This document shows positions 23,501 to 36,594 of a stretch of DNA of 64,000 nt, piece after piece; within the stretch, counting starts at the first letter, position 1, and every line of letters begins with the position of its first letter. The position numbers and the translations under genes were made by a program. Source of the stretch: Tubiluchus corallicola (taxonomy: Eukaryota > Animalia > Priapulida). The notes beneath the pieces are model-generated. The model saw only the letters and a program-made list of their open reading frames with translations. It ran no database searches and was not told the origin of the DNA. The stretch lies in NCBI GenBank assembly GCA_030141605.1, contig JAQGDQ010000020.1, positions 248,001-312,000 on the forward strand. The letters are read 5' to 3'.

Positions 23501-26500
23501 TATGGATCGCCGTAAGTATATTGTTATTTGAAACATGAAAGCTTAATTATAATTAGTGACTTAATTTAATTTTCCATCCTAGTATGTGTCTTACACCTAG
23601 TTAATAATAAATAGTATTTTATTAGGGTTGACATTTATTGTCTTAAACACTAATAAAACATCAATACATTCTCTAATGTATGCTTTTGAGGAAAGAATAA
23701 AAACGTCAATTAGTATCTACGATTAAGTCTTAATCTTTGTTTTATTAGGTTAAAACTTTTGGCATATTTCACATACAAATTATATCCTTTGACTGCCCAG
23801 GTACAAAGCAAGTTGGCTAAAGCAGCTGATGGCGCTCACACAAAGATCATTTACCACTGAGATTCGAGATCCACAGGCTGTTAAAATTACTGTAATTCAA
23901 ACTATTGTAAGTCTGCTTAATTATGGTCTGCTTAATATTGGTTTCAACTATAATTTTTTTTGTCATATAAATTATAGGAGTAGAATATTTAAACTGTCTT
24001 TACTTTGGATTTTATTCGAACAACAGTAATTAGGAAGCGCTAGTTTCTGCATGTTGAAGTGTTATTTGTGAGTATTATGGGTAATTAATGTCCGTTTAGA
24101 TTGTAGGGTATACCCGATGATTAGTTGTGAAAGTGAGTGGCAAGCTTTCCTGGTAGTCTGTGCACGCGTGAATGACCGCTTTATGCGATACTGATGAATT
24201 CAAATTGTATAATTCTTGAGTGACGCGCTTTGTGATGAGATATTTACCCAATCAAAAGTCTGTTTCTTAATGTGGCCACAGTGCTTTTGTTGATTAGTTT
24301 TGTTTTCCATCAGGAAAAGCGATGGTCTAGACGCGCGACGCTTGCTAGGACAGGATGACATCAAGAATGACAACTCTGAATGTCATTCAGTCATTACAGA
24401 GATGTCCGATAGTCTAAACAAACGTCATTGGAGTGAAATTTCAGACTTTCCCTGTTGATCACAATCACATGCTACATGTAGTTACACCGTCACATTCTAC
24501 CTGTCAAATCAAATCAAAAGTGTAGGATTACTACGAAAAGCTAAACTAAGCTCATATAGTGTCTAAACAAGGAATGCAACCAGACTTATAATTATTTTCA
24601 GGACCGATTATTTCACCTAAACTTTCTACAGATGACGCCACTTTGCTGTGTCAGAACTGATTTCGGTTATTTGTTGTAGTCGTAGAGTTTATTACTGAGC
24701 TTTATCCATTATAAGCAAACAAAAAACAAAATTTTGCAGATAATTGAGATATGACAAATTAAACTTGTAAAGGAAACATAATAAATTTCATAAGAGGTAC
24801 GTTTAGTAGCTCAGGTCTAGTGTATACTCTCGTTTAGATATATTAATAAATTATAGACAATATTTATTTATGAAAACGGTTTTAACACAAATTTTTCAGG
24901 TAAATGCGGTGATGGTTGGAATGATGTACTTGCAACAGAAATTAAATCAGGAAGCCATTCAAAACATTTCCGGTTTTGTACTTCTCTTGGTCATGATGAC
25001 TCTAATGCAGAACATGTTTTCAATTCTCCTGGCAAGTAGATGTTTGCTGTTTCACAGTTTCATAGAAAATATTTTACTTTAACGAAATAGTTGCGTATAG
25101 GCCTTGCGTTAGCTTTAACAATATAACTTGTATCATATTTGCAAGTTTGTTTATGTTTATATAGTAAGGTACGCTGCGAGCACTTGCTAATAGGGCATAC
25201 TTGTTTTGACACTACTTATGGCAGGAAAGCAACGTTGCGTATACTAAGGATAATTCATCTGAGATGAAAGAGTGAATTTCAGGGACGTCTTAATCAAAAA
25301 CCGCCAGAAGCAGCGTTCCTTAACTTTGGTATACGAAATATTACAACTTTAAAATCAGACTGTATGATAAAAACACTATTACCACTTTAACATTACACCT
25401 TATGACTTGGTTAACTTGGACCTTTTTTGCTAAGATGCCGTCATAAAATTGACCTATTTTTCAGGTATTTTGCGAGGAGAGTCTAATAATTATGAGAGAA
25501 CACTTTAATGGTGACTATAGGCTTGACACGTATTATCTTAGCAAAATGTTTGCACAGGTATGCGTTCTGACATTCGCTTTGTTAACGAAATTACCAAACA
25601 ACTGTTACGTGATTATGTTAAACTGATAACACGTCGTTGTAGGCCTATCAAAATTTAATTAGGCATGAGTAAAATTTTACCTTGCCTGGCGTCTGTTCTT
25701 GCCCGCTCGAACGGTCTTGTGCCAAAGTAATTGCACTTGGCCGCTAGAAGTATACAGTATAACGTACATCATTGAATTCCTTAGCTCGACATTGCTCATT
25801 TCTGTCTTCTACATGTACATGCACTTGCTAAAATTGAAAAAATGATGCAAAGTTGAAGATGAAAATGAATTGTTGATGGTAGACATGCAGTTCGCTGTTT
25901 ATATATATATGAAAAGAATCGGATGAGAAAAAAGGATAGATTTAAATGATTGTAACTTTAATAACTAATTCCGAAAAAACAGATTCGATAGTAACTGTAA
26001 AACTTAAAGCATAGAGCCAAAGCAGTTTGTTAAAAAAGTTAATCTAGTCAGTTGGGAAGTAACGAGAAATTCATCGCAGTTTGTGGCACTAATGAATACC
26101 AAAAGTAGCTTAATAGAAATGAATGTATTAGAAAGTATTTTTCATCAAAACAGAAAACAGTGCGTATATGATATTCTGCAAAAAGATGTTTTATTTAAAT
26201 GTGTCTTGTTCATAAAGCCACGGTTCCTCTCCTTCTCCAAGTGATAGTGATTCCGATTTGTTTACTGCGTATGCCTGTGTCTGTACCTAAACCAACGGCG
26301 TATCCGCTATGCTAAAGAATTGAAAGCCGTAAAAAACGTTAGTATAGTTTCGCACAGGGTTGAACATCATGCGCTCGCAAGCAAACCGCATGCGTTTTCC
26401 CTACACTAAAGAACCATGCATGTGAAGTAATATTCCACATACATGATCTATATAAACGCAATATTTTAACAACGTTAATAATAAAAATAAATTTACATTA

Positions 26501-29500
26501 TAAAATTTTTCGACAATATTGCATGGAATCATAGGTGGCTTTAGGGTGGGATTTAATTGTTTATACGTCATCCTCTTTGATGAGGCACTAGCTCTAGTTG
26601 TATCTATCAATTTTTCGGGATCACTAGATAAAATAATCTATGTGACAGCCGGCTGGTTAATTGGCAAGATACTTTGCTAGGTTTGAGTTAACATTTCTTG
26701 CGATGTGGAAACATTGCATTAATGGTTTGTGACTGAGCTGATATATTTTCGTAATTCCCGGTTTCACTGCTGTAAAAACACCTGCTAGTAGGGCAGAATC
26801 TAAAACTTTTTTCTTGACCCAAAAAGGGTAATCTTTATTTTTATCTGTGAATGTGCGAAACTTAAGTACATGGGATTGCTTGACCTCTAAGCGATTTGCA
26901 ACTACAGAGCTCATCTTAGCATCAGCTGTAATCACAGACCGCAAATAAATATAGTGAGCTACCAACCATCTTGCCCTAGAGCTTTTAACGTGCGCACTAG
27001 TGGATTTGCGTAAATACAAAGGGTACATGAGCTGGGTGAACCCTGTTTCACGGCACAATTTGAACAAAAAGTTTTGTTTCCTAAAATACCCTGAGTTACA
27101 TACGCACGATTTGCTTTCAACATCGTTTTGCAACAAACCGTATTGTTTTAGTACTTTAATTAGAACACCTCTTTTAACGTTGTCCATACGCTTTTTGAAA
27201 GTCAACAAAAAGTTATACAGTTTTCTATTAGCTTTCTTGGCACTATAGATTAATAACCTCAAAGCAAGGATTTGTTATAAGGAGGTTGCGAATGTGGTTC
27301 CACTAACAGGATAGCGATTGGTCAGATGATCTGCGGTGTAGAAACGTTTGTACAAAAACGCAATCCATTGCGGTGTTACAAATGCCAAGAATTTGGTCAC
27401 ATCGCCAAACGGTGCAAAGAACCAGCAAAATGTGGCAGGTGCTCTTCTAAACACGAGACAAGCTCATGTAATTGTCTGATTGTGGTGACCAACACGCAAC
27501 GTGGAACAAGAAATGTCCAGCTTATATAGATGAGATAAACCGATTAAACCCTAACAATGGTTAATAATTCGCATAATTATCTAAGTCATATTGTCAAGTA
27601 AACATAAATTGTTTTTCAGACAGGTCACAATGCGCCTTAGACAATTATGCTAACTTGCGCAAATTCGACATCATTGCCTTACAAGAAATAAAATAAAGGG
27701 CGAATAAGAAAACTTCTTTAAAAAATCACAATTCATACGTTAAACCGTCTCAAGGAAACTCAGGAGGAGCTGCTGTTCTCGTCAGACATAGTATAACTGC
27801 TTGCAGAGTCTTTGAACTGGAATCACGAGAACTGGATGTGATTTGGGTTCTCCTACATTTTGGAAGTAAAAAGTTTTTAGTCAGCTCATTGTACAGCAAA
27901 CCAAGCCAATCATGCTTGATGAAAGCGTTTACTTTGAACTTTCAAAAAGCACTCGATTTTGCAGATCAGCAAAGTTTGTGCGGTGTATTAGCTGTTGGTG
28001 ATGTTAACGCTCGAAATTTTCTTTGGGACAAAGACTCAAATGAGCACGGGCGTATTTTACATCAAGCATTTTAGTGAGCCAACTTTCCAATATGTGTCTC
28101 GCAACAGTGTTATAGATCTCATTTTATGTTCAACTGGGTTTACTGCCCATTTGATGAGGCAGTATGTGGACAAAAAAAAACAGAATTGTTTACTAGTGCC
28201 CCACTAATGGGTCATTATCCCATTTTAGTATGTTTGATTGGTGCAACACTAATAGTGCTTATACCCGCACAGTAAACGACTTGAAAAATGGTAATTGGGT
28301 ACAGTAGTCTAGTGCTTTAGAGCATAATATAAGAGCAAAGTTTCCGGAATTTATTACACTTTTAAACGCAGATAATGCGGACAAGGTCAGGCAGCTTTTT
28401 TAAATACTGTTATAGAAGCAAACGCAAGATCGTTAATTAACAAACGGATATCAAAATACAGTAAGCCGTTTTGGAATTCAGCATTATTAGGTCTGTCTAA
28501 AAACCCCAGGGCGGCGCGCAAGAAATATTTACGTCTTTCTCACTACGAGAACAAGGTTGAATACATTATCTCTTTGATAGCAATATACAACACGAGACAA
28601 ATACATCCGCAATGCGTCTAATCTAAACGTGGAAAAAGGTAAAGATTTCTGGAAGACATATCACAGTGTATTTACTAAACAGGCCCAACAAAACATTGAT
28701 ATTTTAAAAGTAAACGGAAATTACTATGCCGGTGATGAAGAAAAATGTGACGTTTTATTTCGCACTTTCTTTACTGGGGAAACATATAAAGGCAGCAGGC
28801 TATGATACTCGTTGGTTTCAGGAAATTGAAGAGAACATGAAAAACTTTCAGTACATTGATAATGACAGCAGCTAATACAATAGCGACTTCACGATGAACG
28901 AACTAACAAAAAGGCATTAGGGCAGAAAACAAAAGCTTGGATAACCACTGTTGCCACCCACATATCTGAAAACTGCAGTGGGTGTCGGTTAAAATCCTGC
29001 CAAAGATTTGGTTGAGCGTATGTGTGGCATTCCCCCTTTGGATATTTTGTTCTCAGCCAATGTTTGCAGATTCATTTTAAAGTCACTGTCCCGATCAGGT
29101 GAAGACTTGGTTAAAGACAATATCTTATCAATGGAGCGGGAACTAAATAACAGTGTTTTTCATAAGCACTTTTTGACAAGTAACTTAACAGCAACTAAAT
29201 TTTTTCTGAGGACTATAAAAAACATTGGTATAGCAAGAAACGAAAACGTAAGCTATGTGGTTGAACGAACGTAATGCTGAAAGTGCTAATCCACTCAGGG
29301 CAGATCTCGATAAATGGCCGTCTGGAACCGCATAATACGATTCAGAGGCTTTTTTTAACGGAAGGAATACAGAAAATGCTATGTCTTCTCTCACAGCCCT
29401 GGTCTACCAACTGGTAGATATGGCAGAAGCTTAGAATCCCTTGCGCTCAACCTTTTACTTGGCAGAGGTTATAACTCCTTCTTATGTACAATTGGTCTAG

Positions 29501-32500
29501 CCGACAGTAATTACTGTAAATACCTTACAGATATACAAACGCCTAAACACTTTGACTGCCCTTTGATTTCTAACAACGCTAAATCTTCTATACAAAACGT
29601 TTTACCTTCACTAAATTTAGAACACGTATTGCTGCTCTGGCTTCTTTGATTTTTGGCTTTAGTGTCACATATTTCAATGCACCAAACGTTCTCTCATATT
29701 TTCAAATTTGGTCTTCGTTGTGTGCACGTTTGACAATATTTTCTTGTTGCCCCAGACATTACTTTAAGTACTCACAAAAATACCACTCACTGTTGTAAAT
29801 AATTTAAAGTTAAAAGTAGTGAAAATAATTTAAAGTTTCTGCATACTGTAGCCTATATAGCTGTACAGGTATATAACACTAATTGCCTGCCAAGTATAGC
29901 CTTATTAGCAACACGAGACGACTTGTACACACGTCCGCTCTGTGCGAGAACCTATTCCCCAACCTGGCCGAATACATTTAGGCCAGTAATTATTTTGCCA
30001 TTCCTTCTCTTTTATTTTATTTTATTGATTTGTGTAATTCATTCGATTGTTAGCTGTTTATATATGAGCTGTTTATGTGAAATAAATAAAAGAAAAATAT
30101 GTAATGTTAATTGACCAATTGATTAACATTTGCAAGCCTCCTTTTTAAGCTGATGACCAGTGGTTTCCCATAAAATCCACAGTAAAAAATATAGGTTTTT
30201 TGTATTTCACGCTGCCATGGGAACTGGTCTGCAATTCAAACGGGAGACTTGCATAAGTTAAAACTTGTTTTGTTATTTGAGTTTTTTCTTTCTTTCAGCT
30301 GCCATTTTTTGCTACCGTGCCATTAATTTATGTTGTCATAGACTATTTTATGATTGGTGAGTGTCCATCTACTTTTTTAAGTTCTGTTTAGCTGATTATT
30401 GTAGTGACAGTGTTTAACTGATGTAACTAGGCATTGTTAAGCTCAAAGAGTCAGCCAGGCAAAACTTGGAACTTCGTCTTGAATTAAACTGCCATTGTTC
30501 ATAAGAGGTACATTCTGATGGACGAGCGCCAGGAGAGTATCAACGTACAGGGTTTGTTCATACGGTGACAATAGAAATTAGCCGCTGGTCAAGAATCCCA
30601 CGTAATCAAAGGTTGTGTACCTGTAAGAGTGTACAAAACTGAACCACTTTGTGTGGAAGTGCTCTAAAACAAAGGAAATGAGGAAAAAAGATAATCATAT
30701 GGACATTACTAATTTCAAAAAACTTTTTTGATTATTGCATATATGGCTTTAAACGTGTATCGACAAGTTGAAAATTTGTTATTTATTAGACACATTGTCA
30801 TAAACGTACCTCTGTTTGTTTTAGAGTTTTTTTGTAAAATTCACCCGCAATGATTTATTTACTGTGTTAATAAAGATTATTTCTACTACTATAAAATCAT
30901 TTGTAATATATCTTTCAGGTTTGTATTCTTCTGCCTTTCATTTCTTCACCTGCGTAGGAGTAATAATTTTGACGTCGGATGCCGCTGTAGCAATAAGTAA
31001 GTTAACTCTGGCGACGTTCTTACAATTACAATCTTTAAAAGTAAAATGCTACAGACGAGATATTCGCAAGTATCGAATGCAATAACTATCAGCCATAGGC
31101 TAATCTTATTTTGATACATGACGTATACGTTGTAGATTAGAATCCAGAACAGTAAAAACGTTTTTGTAAAAGGCGGTAAAGTTGTATAATGATAGAAGAT
31201 TCAATCCCATCATTAATAATTTGGGGCAAGATTCTTTACCCACGAATATTGAGACTATTTTTTCTATAGTTTAGTTTAGTTAACTAAAGATATTTAGTTA
31301 AAATTTTGATCTTTGTACATATCTAGAAATCTATGTTTATGTGCGTTTTTCATTCATCATTAGTGTTTTGTTTGACAATTTCATCGTCTAGTGAATATTT
31401 TGCATCATGACCTTATGTTTGAAATGTAGGGTTAAATCAAATCGAATCAAATGTTCGCTCCTGTCGTTTTTCTTTATTGGTTTTTATATCTATATCTTTC
31501 CTGATCATATTTATTTGATTAGCAGCATTTTATGGTCTCATCAAGTTCATCTATTGCAACACATGTAGTAAAAAGGTGCAAGTTGCCTTGTGGGTGGCAG
31601 TTTCGTTGCCACATGTGAAAGACTACAGACACTGAAAGAGGTTAAGGGTTAGCTGACAGACTTCAGCGCCGATCTGTGGATATTTCGGGCTGAGAGGCTT
31701 CATACTTCAATACTTAATATTTTACTAGAATAAATACAAAATATGTACTTTCATTAGGTTACATGTTGTCTTGTTGCTCATCAAACTACGAAGTTGTCAT
31801 GGCTGCTGGTTCTCCCGTCATGCTGTTACTGTTTGTGGTCGGAGGTTTTAATTTAAATTTAGAGTAAGTTTATATTCTTATAAATTTATACAGATATAAC
31901 TTATAATAAATTTATATCTTTATAAATTTAATTACAATCACTTTCGAATCACAGTGTTTTTAGATTATTGGTAGCATAGTCTAGCTTGTATGTTACTTGT
32001 TAAATGTTTATTGTAACACTGGTTGGATTGTTTGGAGAACATAATTTTTGAAAAAAGAACTAAACGTGGATTAGATTCCTTACTTACCAAACGTACCTTA
32101 ATGTAGTGCTGAATCAGTATTATTAGTTTCTGGGCTTGTTTTACAAGTGGGAGCTCTTCAGTGGGAGTTGAACCCAAGATCTGCTGCTTGCCGGGTAGTT
32201 ATGCTAATATACACAGAACCATGCCAAAAGTAAATAAGCTCACTTTGAGTAAACTAAGAATGATCTGCATAGATAGGCAGAAGACGCCTGTAGTTCGTTT
32301 TAAATCGACCTTGCCTCTGCAAATTTAACCGTTGTCTCAATTTTTGTATCAGATTTGTAACTACAGGCGATTAGTGCCTGAGATTGTCAAACTTGCTGAC
32401 AGTCCGCAGCAACCATTTATAGATAATATTCTATAGAGATACACTGTAGATGAATTGACATCTGTTAACCCATGAAGTTGTAATTGAGACATATGAACTT

Positions 32501-33519
32501 TTATTTGTCCCGCAGTGGTTGAAACGCTGTATCTTTATTTTTTCTATATAGATCAATCCCTGTATACTTTAAATGGATAGAGTACTTTAGCATAATCAAA
32601 CATGGCAATGAAGCTTTGAACATCAACCAGTGGAAGGATATAAAAGAAATTGGTAAGTTTGGTTTTTGTATAACATGCTGTTACACACTAAATGAGTCGT
32701 TTATTAATTCTGCTGTTTCTCAAAAACTTAATTATAAATTCAAAACTTGCTAAATTGTTTCAGCTTGTCTTCGCAATGATACAACTTGTATACGCGACGG
32801 GAAGCAAGTTCTCCAATTTTTTGGCTATGACCAGGTAAATTTCAACTCTGTAAAATAATACTGGTACTATTTATATCAAATTTAGGTGAAAAAATGTATA
32901 ATGGAAATATAATGGTAACGATGACAGGCAAATATTTATGGCTGTCTTATATTGCATCTGTTTAACATAGGCATATGTACTTTAACAAGATCATCAAGGG
33001 CACTCTTTTCCTCATACAGCCGAGATATAGTGGAAATAATGTCAAATGTCAAACGTCAAAAAATTTACAGAACCGACGTCTTCCAAAGTTCTGATTTCAC
33101 ATTTTTGAATCTAGATCCAAGTTCATGTAATAGATATATTATACAAGAAACTGAACTGTCCGTAAACCAGAATCACAAAGGCTCTTAGGCCTATCACTTG
33201 TTGAGGGTTACTACACATGTATCAGTTAATAACTGGCATGTGGCGCCATTCTCGACGTAATGTTTGATTCAATGACAATAATGACAATAATATTTTAGTT
33301 TAATAAAAAGCTATGTATTCATATGTATTCGAATTCATTTGTATTCATATACTAGTACTTGTACAATTAATTTAAATAATGTGAACAAGTAATTTTTCAT
33401 TTCTTTACAATTTACAGGATAATTTTGCTAAAGACATAGGATTGTTGCTTGCTCTGATGGTTCTATATAGACTGATCGGTTATTTAATCTTGCTCTTTCG
33501 GGCAAAGAAAGCCGCTTAG
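17195..33519 (+). CDS. white: white-like ABCG half-transporter, paralog B (19 exons, ~674 aa)
   Basis: Exons: 17195-17395, 18097-18205, 18826-18874, 19675-19861, 20581-20652, 21052-21150, 21933-22099, 22540-22714, 23250-23339, 23483-23511, 23801-23906, 24900-25031 (GC donor), 25465-25557, 30299-30356, 30919-30996, 31758-31863, 32552-32652, 32764-32834, 33418-33519; total 2025 nt, open frame. Motifs [44 protein letters not shown]. 15 of 19 exons have the same length as in paralog A and all intron phases match. Confidence 0.93.
17405..17532. repeat. compound (ATT)n(GTT)n(ATT)n microsatellite at the start of paralog B intron 1
   Basis: Direct read; begins ~9 nt after the exon 1 boundary at 17395. 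Confidence 0.97.
18940..19070. repeat. degenerate (TCA/TCG)n low-complexity tract
   Basis: catcatcat/cgtcgtcgt mosaic in paralog B intron 3. Confidence 0.8.
26400..27285 (-). mobile_element. non-LTR retrotransposon remnant (RT to C-terminus; RTE-X-like, clade uncertain)
   Basis: Minus-strand translation [20 protein letters not shown]...FKKRMDNV (decayed RT DFxKAxD block), [28 protein letters not shown], frameshifted FYSSET (LLYGCESW-like) and [14 protein letters not shown]. Contains frameshifts and deletions. Confidence 0.7.
27300..30097 (+). mobile_element. non-LTR retrotransposon remnant (I/Jockey-group-like: ORF1 CCHC knuckles, APE endonuclease, RT core deleted)
   Basis: [17 protein letters not shown]...[13 protein letters not shown] zinc knuckles; then APE motifs QVNIN, DIIALQE, GDVNAR, SVIDL, GHYP; then CGIPPLD and a degenerate C-terminal Cys/His motif (~29500-29560). 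3' UTR ends in aataaataaaagaaaaa at ~30081-30097. Many stops and frameshifts. Confidence 0.8.
32150..32225 (-). mobile_element. tRNA-derived SINE head fragment
   Basis: Minus strand ...gcagatcttgGGTTCAACTCCCactg carries a Pol III B-box/T-arm. No complete cloverleaf. Confidence 0.45.
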
Positions 33520-33611
33520 CAACCAAGGTTGTGCCTCACAACGACACGGTTTGAAAGTTTAATTGAAAAATGAAAATTACAAATTGCGTTTTGATGTACT
33601 TACTACTATCA

Positions 33612-33617
33612 AATAAA
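33612..33617 (+). promoter_or_regulatory. candidate polyadenylation signal, paralog B
   Basis: AATAAA ~90 nt after the stop codon at 33519. Confidence 0.5.
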
Positions 33618-35649
33618 CGTTTCAACGAGTAACTATAAGCTTTATTAATACTTTCATGTGATACATATGGTCTGTATTTGATCCATTTTTGTTTATCAGC
33701 ACGGGAAAACAATTATACTTATCAGTTTTCTCTCTGAAACCCTCCTTTTTCTAAACTTGGAGCGCGAAGGCGTTTAAATCTGTTTTTGTTTCCAATAGAT
33801 TTTCTATGGACTGTGATTTGTTTGAACTAAAATAGCGATCATCGTCAAAGCACTGGTGAATTTGCGCAAAATTTTACACGAATCTTAAACGTTGTGAAGA
33901 AAAACGGGATTGTCAAATTTCTTTATGAGCGACGTTTTCAAGAGAAGTTTTCGATTGTAAGCTGCAGTTAGTAGAATTTTGAAAATAGCAAAGTGCTTAC
34001 GGAAATAGTAAGCTTCTTACATCTTGTTAGTGAGTTGATTCAGTCTTAAAAGCCTTATATGCAGTTTGAAGCTAATTGCGTCTTATGCAGTTTGATTCGC
34101 AACAATCTTTATTTTCTAGTTCTTTTAACTCGTTAGACAGAGAAAATTATTTGCAAAAAATTATTGAGAAAATTAAATACTGTATATGATATTTTACTTT
34201 ACATAATTTTGCCAAGTTTGTATAGGCCGAAAATTTGATTTTATTGCAAACAGCTAGGTAAAAAATTTTAATTTTATTACTGCAGTTACAAAAAATCATG
34301 CCAAGTCTTCAGCAAATTAATTAAAATTTAGTGTTTGTAGCGAAGTCTGTAGTCCTCTACCTATGATAGTCTAGTCGGGTTACTCCATTATTAAATCCTT
34401 GTTGCAATTATTAACCTGTCATATCAAGCTTGCATGGATAAAACATTCAATTATTTGTGCACGCTTTTGATGTCGCTTGCGCCGCCGTTTGAAAAACAGG
34501 TTTACGGGTTTATTGTTTAGGGCGTTTATTAATTGATGTGCTAAATATAGGCTTGCTGTAATGTCACTTCTCTTTTGTTGTCTCTTCTTGCATCCTTTCG
34601 TTATTACTTCTGAGATTTTAAAGTGAAAATGTGCTGCATTTTTCTAACCTGTCGCGTAATCACGATTTAACGGCACATTAAACGAGCGTTGTTAGTGTAT
34701 AATATGAATGCTTGAGAAATTATGATGGCATTATAGACAGACTTGATCAATAAATCTTGAACATTATGTGCTTGTAGTGTAGGAGTTTCTTTATATTATC
34801 TTTGCTTAATTTTTCCCAAGTACTGCTTTATGGAGTTCTTACCTATATTTATTTAGTATTTGTAGAGTCACTTTACGCTGTTGATGTACTTTAAGTTGCT
34901 TCGTTTACTCAGTTGTTAGTTTTGTGCTGTACACACATGTACAAGAAATTTTAAATAAACAATTGTTTATTTTATAATTCGGGTAGTACACACATGTTGA
35001 TTTGTTACTGAAATCAGTGTTCTGCAAATGATACTTTTCATTTCGAGCAACTCTATAATACTTGATTATTATCTTAATTACGGCATGTAGAAGAGATGCG
35101 CGATAATGCAAAATGTAAACCTAGTGTAGTCTGTAGATAAGTGCAGACTTTTATGCTGTTATTTTATTAGAAATATTTAATTGCAGATCTTACAAAAATT
35201 AAATCTCGTTTGCGTATATAATATAACAGCAATTAATAATGAGTTTCATTTCATTAGCAGGCAGAAAAGTACTGTCTAATTAATCAATAACTCATCACTG
35301 TAAATAATCACTCAAGTGCTGCTGTATGAGTCTACGTTACACCTTTGGTTCTAATTTAAAAATAATGTGTTGATATCAAGCATCATTATTACGGAAACGG
35401 TCTGCTAAACATCTGGTAACATTACCGGTAGACAGTAATGATAAACTGAAGCCGTATATTTACACTAATTACTGCTACTGTAACACTGACATTCAATATC
35501 GTTGAAGCTTATGGAGCATGTCAAACAAGAAACAATATTTCCTTGGAAGATCGACTGCAAAATTAATGATATGCTTTCACGAATTTAATAAACAAAAACT
35601 TTATTCAGTTATCGTTATGTCACTACTTATCCAAAAGATGCACGCAAGT

Positions 35650-35745
35650 GAGAGAGAAAGAGAGAGAGAGCGAGAGACAGAGACAGATAGAGCGAGAGAG
35701 AGGCAGAGAGAGAAAAAGAATGGGAAGAGAAAAAGACAGAGAGGA
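35650..35745. repeat. (GA)-rich purine tract
   Basis: Degenerate (GA)n; direct read. Confidence 0.9.
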
Positions 35746-36228
35746 ATAGGTAGCGAGAAAAAGAAACAGAATAAGTGCAACATAAAGAGAGATGGAATGG
35801 GACAGAGGAGATAGCAGCAGTTTCGTGTCGTAATATTGAAATATATGAAAGGTAGCTTCGCTAGAAATTGACCATTACCCAATACTGGTCTTGACTTTGG
35901 TTGGCTTAGATTGATCGAAGTTCATTTAAGTGAGGTCAGCAAAATGCTTATTGTTCAATTACCTGTAACAAAAGAACGTTGTGACTTTGAAGTAATAATT
36001 TATTTGAACTTGAAAATACTCGAGCTATTTTAATGGACAAGTTGTTGAAATATATTGAATCATACATGCTAAATTGTACATCTAAATTGTTGCATCTAAT
36101 TGTAAATTGTTAGAATCAGACGCTTAGATACAAGCAATTTAAAATCCTTGCATTTGGTGCTTACTAAATTATGCTGCAGTCCAATGTAGAGTTCGTAATG
36201 GTTTCTTTAATTTGTGTGAAAAGCTGTA

Positions 36229-36594
36229 TAGTTATTTTAGAAGGAGATTAGTATGAAACAAGATGTACATGAAACTTAAGAACGAAGAACCTTTTTACAT
36301 CACGAAGTTGATGTAACATTATAACTCATTAGTTGAATAAAGTTTAACCATAGTTATTTTAGAAGGAGATTATTATGAAACAAGATGTACATGAAACTTA
36401 AGAACGAAGAACCATTTTACATCACGAAGTTGATGTAACATTATAACTCATTAGTTGAATAAAGTTTAACCATAGTTATTTTAGAAGGAGATTATTATGA
36501 AACAAGATGTACATGAAACTTAAGAACGAAGAACCATTTTACATCACGAAGTTGATGTAACATTATAACTCATTAGTTGAATAAAGTTTAACCA
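36229..36594. repeat. tandem repeat, 3 x 122 bp, near-identical
   Basis: Unit tagttattttagaaggagatt...aataaagtttaacca starts at 36229, 36351 and 36473. Copies 2 and 3 appear identical; copy 1 differs at 2 positions. Confidence 0.97.

Noticed and set aside
32150-32225. Functional tRNA gene
   Set aside because: Only the T-arm/B-box is recognisable; no acceptor stem or D-arm.
35518-35882. Arg/Glu-rich and Leu/Ser-rich ORFs
   Set aside because: Translation of the (GA)n tract.
36229-36594. CRISPR-like array with hairpin repeat
   Set aside because: Whole 122-bp units are repeated; there are no variable spacers.
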